Assembly (NCBI GenBank): GCA_026770705.1
Contig: JANJGN010000071.1
Span: forward strand, 682,001-746,000
Source of the DNA: Isurus oxyrinchus
Lineage: Eukaryota
Direction of reading: 5' to 3'
Length of the DNA: 64,000 nt
Numbering within the stretch: position 1 is the first letter of the stretch; each line of letters opens with the position of its first letter. Shown piece by piece: positions 60,281 to 64,000 of this stretch. The translations under genes and the position numbers were made by a program. The notes beneath the pieces are model-generated. The model did no database searches, had not been told where the DNA came from, and saw only the letters and a list, made by a program, of their open reading frames with translations.

Positions 60281-62119
60281 TGTGACATCTGGAATGCGAA
60301 GCTAGTCTCTGTAATGGTGACCATGAAACTAAGGCCAATTGTTGCAAAAACCCATCTGGGTCACTAATGCCCTTTGGGGAAGGAAACCTGCCGTCCTTAC
60401 CCATTCTGGCCTACGTGTGACTCCTGACCCACAGCAATGTGGTTGACTCTTAACTGGCCCCTGAAATGGCCGAGCAAGCCACTGAGTTATATCAAAACCC
60501 GCCACAGACCAGTCAAACCAGGCGAACTGCAGCACTTCGAAAAGGCAGCTCAGCACCCCCTTCTCAAGGGGTCAGTCAGGAACAGGTAACAAACGCTGTC
60601 CACATCCCGTGAAAGAATTTTGGTAAAAAGGTAACGTGTATCACCACCCACGCCCAGCGCCAACCCCCCCACCCCTACCTGATTGCACCAGTTTCAGATT
60701 ACACCAGGTCAATGAACGGATAGAAACCCAAACCAATGAGATGAGCACAGAGAAGGATCAAGCCAGAGAGAGTTGGTGGGAAGAATTGGGAAAGCAACAA
60801 AAAAGGCAGAGCGGACACTAACACTATAACAAAGTAAAGACCAGAGGAGGAAGGAAGCAAGTGCGAAGAGGAATTGAGAGTAGAGCTGGTAGGCTGCTTG
60901 TCGAAGCCAAGGACCCTCCATAGGGCACACCCACAGTGCTTTTGGGGAGGGTGACACATGATTTTGACCCAGGATCATCAAGTGTTGCACTGGCAGAGCC
61001 TTTAAAGTAAAGGGACCTTTACTACCCGTGCACCCCCCCGCCCTACAAAGCTGTTGACCTGCTGAGTCCACCTGTACAGGCAACCTCCAGACAGTTGGCT
61101 ACAGAGGCCATTGCAGCTGCTGAATATGACTTCCAGTTTCAAACCCTTCATGAATGCAAGGATGGAGAATTCAGCAGGAATATTCCTGCACACCCTGTGG
61201 CAGATCCTGTAAATAAAAGGGACCTTCACTCACTCCCCAAAGCTGCTGACCTGCTGATTCACATCTACAGGCAACCTCCAAATAGTCAACTAGAGAAGAC
61301 AACGCAGCTGCTGAATGTGACTCCTAGTTTTAAACCCTTCACTCTGGAAAGAAGGAATCCAGTGCAATGGCCTCAGTATGATTCTTCACAGAAACTGATT
61401 TTAAATCTCATGTCTAAGTATTATTTTTCCTTTGCTTACATTTTAATCCCTGCACCTGATGGCTTTATCGCTTCAACTTAAATAACTTTCAGCAGGAGCC
61501 AGGTTCAAATTGAATGGACAAGCTGGCTTGGGAGGCCAAAAGGCCTACTCCTGCTTCTGTTTATTTATGTTGGTGTTGTTATGTAGTGGAACTAGAGAGG
61601 TTATAGCAGTTATGAGAACATTAAGCAAACAGCAGTAAGAATTGAACACCTACGTTGTGGTTTATGAAAAGGTTTTCAACCTGGTCAACTGGTAAAATCT
61701 GTTGAAAGTGGGCTATCATGGCATGTGCCCTTTGTGAGATATTTGTAACAACGTTCTCGATGTCGGAACAGCTTGCATTGAACAAAGCTGATCTTTACCC
61801 AGAACTTCAGAGGAAGGGGGGACAATTGTTCCCTGGTGTGGGGGGCATGGTGGGGGGGGAGGGTGAGGGAGAGACAAGTAGCCTGAAATACCAAGCCAGA
61901 CACTTTGTGAAGACAAAAGTTGTTTATTCATTTTTTTTCACAAATCATAATCTTTACAATTAAAGTCCCGACAAGATGATGGTGAATCATGAACACATTG
62001 TCGGGGTCAATCTGTGCCCGGGAGCATAAAGCAGCAAAATCAGGAGCCCGCTTTACATCTCTCTGAATTTTAACTATCATTAACCCCAGTAACATCCATT
62101 CAAATGACTTAGTCATAAG

Positions 62120-62276
62120 ATTCCTCACACATTCACTTGCACACTCACACACCCACACCCACACAGACACACTGACACACTCACTCATTCACATTGACAC
62201 ACACTGACAGAGTCACACACACCCACACAGACACACTGACACACTCACTCATTCACATTGACACACACTGACACAG

Positions 62277-62312
<36 letters not shown>

Positions 62313-62460
62313 ACACAATCACACACATTCACATTGACACGCACTGACAGTCACACATACACACACACACGCTGACACAATCACACACATTCACATTGAC
62401 ACACACATATTGACAGTCACACACACACGCTCATAAAGACAGACACAAACACAGTCACGT
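62120..62460. repeat. (CA)-rich compound microsatellite
   Basis: Direct inspection. Confidence 0.9.
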
Positions 62461-62959
62461 GAGGTGAATAGTGTCGATGTATTTAAGGGGAAGCTGGATA
62501 AACACACGAGGGAGAAATGAATAGAAGGATATGGTGATGGGGTGAGATGGAGAAGGGGTGGGCGGAGACTCGTGTGGAGCAGAAACTCCAGCATGGAACA
62601 GATGGGCCGAATGGCTTCTTTCCCTGCTGTAAAACGCAGGTAAAGATTCAGTTGGAATTAATGAACAGGGCCTGTGTGAAATAGATTGCTAAGCAGTAGA
62701 TAAGGAGGGGAGAGGCTGTGGCATGGTGCAGGATGACCTTGCGTGAATGAGGCCAGGGTCTAATATCTACAGCAGAGACCACAAGTCTCATTTGGTTCTC
62801 TCCAATTACAGCAGTTACAGCAGAATCTGCAGAGCTGCTGTCTGCCCATTCTGTTCTGGCGCTGCAGCAAGGAGCCCTGGAAAAGCAGGAGGACAATAGG
62901 TGAGAACATTCCGGAAAGAAAGAAGGCATCATTTCAATCAGGCGCGTCATTGGAAGGAG

Positions 62960-63340
62960 GATGGCACATTTCCATAGCGCCTTTCCCCTCCTCAGGATGG
63001 CCCAAAGTGTTCCACAGCTGAAGGAAGGACTTTTTCTGAAGTGAGCTCACCGCTGTAATGTAGGAAACGCAGCAGGCAATTCACGCACAGCAAGATCCCA
63101 CAAACAGAAATGTGATAATGGCCCCGATTTTCAGTTTTTTACCAATGTCAGTTGAGGGATAAATGTTTGCCCCAGGAAAGCGGACATAACTCCACCCCAT
63201 CCAGCCCCCACCACCCCCTCCACACATACCCCCAACTCCTGACGCACTTCATTTAAATTGTGGCCATGGAATCCTCTACATCCATCTGAGAGGGCAGATC
63301 TTGTCTCAGTTTAACATCTCATCTGAAAGACAGCGCCTTC
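62960..63340 (-). mobile_element. Deu-domain-type SINE fragment
   Basis: Minus-strand TTTGTGGGATCTTGCTGTG...GCGTTTCCTACATTAC. Similar pieces at ~1205, 5510, 21390, 53090 and 63700. Confidence 0.55.
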
Positions 63341-63575
63341 AACAGTGCAGCACCCCCTCAGTATTGACCCTCCGACTGTGCAGCACTCCCTCAGTACTGA
63401 CCGTCTGACAATGCAGCACCCCCTCAGTACTGACCCTCCGACTGTGCAGTCCCCCGCCGGTACTGACCCTCTGACAGTGCAGCACTCCAAGACTGACCGT
63501 CTGACAATGCAGCACCCCCTCAGTACTGATCCTCCGACTGTCCTGCCCCCCCGCCGGTACTGACCCTCCGACAGC
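63340..63575. repeat. 33 bp minisatellite
   Basis: CAGTGCAGCACCCCCTCAGTACTGACCCTCCGA units. Confidence 0.85.
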
Positions 63576-63848
63576 TCGGTAATTTCTCAATTACGCCTGG
63601 TGGTCCTTTTAACTCAGAGCTGAGAGTTGCAGAGAATCGAGCAGACACCCTGAACTGACACTTGCAGTGCAAGTACTGGGAGTGCGCTGGTCATTATCAT
63701 GCTGCTGTCTGTGGGATCTTACAGTGCGCCAATGGCTGATTCTTTTCCCACAGTACATCAGTGACCTCACATGAAAGAAAACAAGCACTTGATTGTCTGC
63801 GAAACAGTTTGGGACGTCCTGATGTGTTGGAAGGCGCTAGAGAAATGC

Positions 63849-64000
63849 AAGAGTTGACGTTTCGAGTCCTCATGACCCTTCTGAGGACTCGAAACGTCAA
63901 CTCTTTTCTTCTCCGCCGATGCTGCCAGACCTGCTGAGTTTTTTCAGGTAATTCTGTTTTTGTTTTGGATTTCCAGCATCCGCAGTTTTCTTTGTTTTTA
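63849..64000 (+). mobile_element. Penelope pLTR fragment with 5' inversion (perfect hairpin)
   Basis: 24 bp inverted repeat (63849-63872 and 63882-63905) followed by GATGCTGCCAGACCTGCTGAG...TTCCAGCATC. Confidence 0.7.

Overview
Vertebrate genomic DNA. The repeat landscape (CR1, L2, Penelope, Deu-type and tRNA-derived SINEs, Gypsy relics) suggests a cartilaginous fish, but the taxon is an inference. The window holds a cluster of three paralogous multi-exon Siglec-like (MAG/CD33-type) Ig receptor genes, rebuilt by hand from splice sites and reading phase. Gene A (minus strand) is leader-V-V-C2-C2-neutral TM, with its cytoplasmic exons beyond the window start. Gene B (minus) is leader-V-V-C2-TM(Arg)-short tail; its start codon is GTG instead of ATG and V1 has lost the sialic-acid-binding Arg. 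Gene C (plus) is leader-V-V-V-C2-TM(Arg)-short tail and is intact. B and C are head-to-head arms of a 15-18 kb inverted duplication. Their ~7 kb spacer holds an orphan terminal exon encoding an ITIM-like tail. The locus looks like a paired activating/inhibitory Siglec-like system. It has tandem V-set domains, an extra BC-loop cysteine in every non-N-terminal V domain, and patchwork gene conversion. The rest of the window is degraded transposons and minisatellites. Exon coordinates were counted by hand; repeat boundaries are approximate.
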